Positions 63,798-64,000 of a DNA stretch of 64,000 nt are shown in pieces (the stretch's first letter is position 1; each line of letters opens with the position of its first letter). The DNA lies in the NCBI RefSeq assembly GCF_902713615.1, contig NC_052146.1, positions 47,236,388-47,300,387 on the forward strand, given 5' to 3'. Under the pieces are notes generated by a model that saw only the letters and a program-made list of their open reading frames with translations, made no database searches and was not told the origin of the DNA. This DNA comes from Scyliorhinus canicula. Its lineage: Eukaryota. A program made the translations under genes and the position numbers.

Positions 63798-64000
63798 CTT
63801 GAGGCATGCTGTCTCTTACTGGACTGAATACAAACTTGTTGCTTCATCAGTACTGGAGGGTTCTCCGATTGCCTCTCCATCTTTGAGAGCTCCACCCACC
63901 ATCCTTAATTGCGTGCAAGCCTTCTGGCCACAAATTGACAACTCCCACCAGTTTCCCAGGGAAAATCACTGCTGGGTGACTGTTACCCCCACAGTGTGAG

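Overview
Repeat-rich vertebrate genomic DNA. The repeat set (HE1-like V-SINEs, CR1, RTE, L1, PIF/Harbinger elements and MITEs, palindromic Penelope-type repeats) points to a cartilaginous fish, probably a shark; this is inferred from repeat content only. The best host-gene signal is a GC-box/CCAAT promoter at about 21.55-21.7 kb with a minus-strand first coding exon (21284-21200, MRTLGFAKLTTLRPCLAEVLVCAALFCNG, signal-peptide-like, phase-1 GTAAGT donor). I could not name the gene and found no in-frame second exon, so 1-21.2 kb is probably its first intron. The rest is mostly transposons: a full-length degraded L1 with a 16-bp TSD (40097-46340), a truncated L1, an RTE, CR1 fragments, three solo LTRs, three decayed Harbinger elements with Myb/SANT and/or HARBI1-like transposase remnants, at least seven Harbinger-type MITEs and about 20 SINEs. 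Notable items are a 24-bp minisatellite that expanded inside a Harbinger Myb/SANT exon, MITEs with non-TWA target duplications and NRF1/CRE-like motifs, SINE families sharing swapped modules, a datable CR1>MITE>LTR nest with a templated 62-bp copy nearby, a near-perfect 176-bp tandem duplication, and a hammerhead-like remnant. A low-confidence chain of minus-strand exons lies at 26-37 kb. Most ORFs in the supplied track are repeat artefacts. I cannot claim a proven new biological system.
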